This document shows, piece after piece, positions 34,790 through 35,581 of a DNA stretch of 35,581 nt (position 1 is the first letter of the stretch; every line of letters begins with the position of its first letter). Under the pieces are notes generated by a model, which saw only the letters and a program-made list of their open reading frames with translations, was not told the origin of the DNA and ran no database searches. The position numbers and the translations under genes were made by a program. Origin of the DNA: Chiloscyllium plagiosum (Eukaryota); the NCBI RefSeq assembly GCF_004010195.1, contig NW_025213737.1, forward strand, positions 1 to 35,581, read 5' to 3'.

Positions 34790-35581
34790 ATGAATTCTTT
34801 GAGGTGGTAACGAGCAGGTTAGACCAAGGCGAGCCAATGGATATTATCTGTCTAGATTTCCAGTAGGCCTTTGATATGGTGCCGCACAGGAGGCTGCTGA
34901 GTAAGATAGCATGGATAGAAGATTAGCTGTCTGGAAGAAGGCAGGTCGAGTTAGTCGTTAGGAAAGCTAACACAATGTTGTCATTCATCTCGAGAAGTCC
35001 AAAACATAAAAGCAGGGATGTACTTCTGAGGCTTTATAAGAATCTGGTCAAACCACATTTAGAGTATTGTGAGCAATTTTGGACCCCATACACTGGTCCT
35101 GGAGAGGGCCCAGAGGATGTCCACAAGAACGGTCCCAGGAATGAAAGGCTTAACATAGGAGGAATGTTTGAGGACTCTGGGACTATACTCGATGGAGTTT
35201 AGAAGGATGAGGGGGGGGGGGGGGACAGAAAACTGAGTGGCCTAGACAGAGTGGACGTTGGGAAGATGCTTCCATTGGTAGGAGAGATGAGGACCTCAGG
35301 GCACAGCCTAAGAATAAAGGGAAGAATTTAGAACAAAGATATGGAGAAACTTCTTCAGCCAGAGAGCGGGGAATCTATGGAATTCATTGCCACAGAAAGC
35401 TGCAGAGGCCAGGTCATTGAGTAAGTTTAAAACTGAGATAGATAAGGTCTTGACTGCCAAGGGGATCAAAGGTTACTGACAGAAAATGGGGTTGAAAAAC
35501 TTATCAGCCATGACTGAACGGTGGAGCAGACTTGATGGGCTGAATGGCCTAATCTCTGCTCCTTGTCTTAAGGTCTTACGG
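34790..35581 (+). mobile_element. Internally deleted CR1-type LINE 3' portion
   Basis: LDFQ-AFD-VPH-RLL-K at about 34850, LYKNLVKPHLEYCEQFWTP (ORF 34975..35202), tail gatgggctgaatggcctaatctctgctcc. Confidence 0.9.

Overview
Repeat-rich vertebrate genomic DNA, almost certainly from a cartilaginous fish (shark): the window is dense with HE1/V-SINE-like tRNA-derived SINEs, CR1-type LINE fragments and Penelope-like elements (PLEs). No long ORF in the track is a real gene. The window holds internal exons of a minus-strand host gene, which I identify as MAJIN (meiotic telomere-nuclear envelope anchor of the TERB1-TERB2-MAJIN complex). Three exons (31157-31202, 19163-19238, 10415-10540) splice in frame into a peptide resembling the conserved N-terminal domain of human MAJIN as I recall it. 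Downstream exons are tentative and the ATG exon appears to lie beyond the right edge. The most notable points are: (1) an 8.6-kb U12-type (minor spliceosome) GT-AG intron; (2) short hairpin-shaped non-autonomous PLE derivatives carrying minimal hammerhead ribozyme cores, several with 12-14 bp target duplications; (3) an R2-like reverse-transcriptase fragment embedded antisense inside a Neptune-type PLE; (4) multi-level nested insertions and two minisatellites. All identifications come from reading the sequence and recalled family motifs, not database searches. Repeat boundaries are approximate unless a TSD is given.
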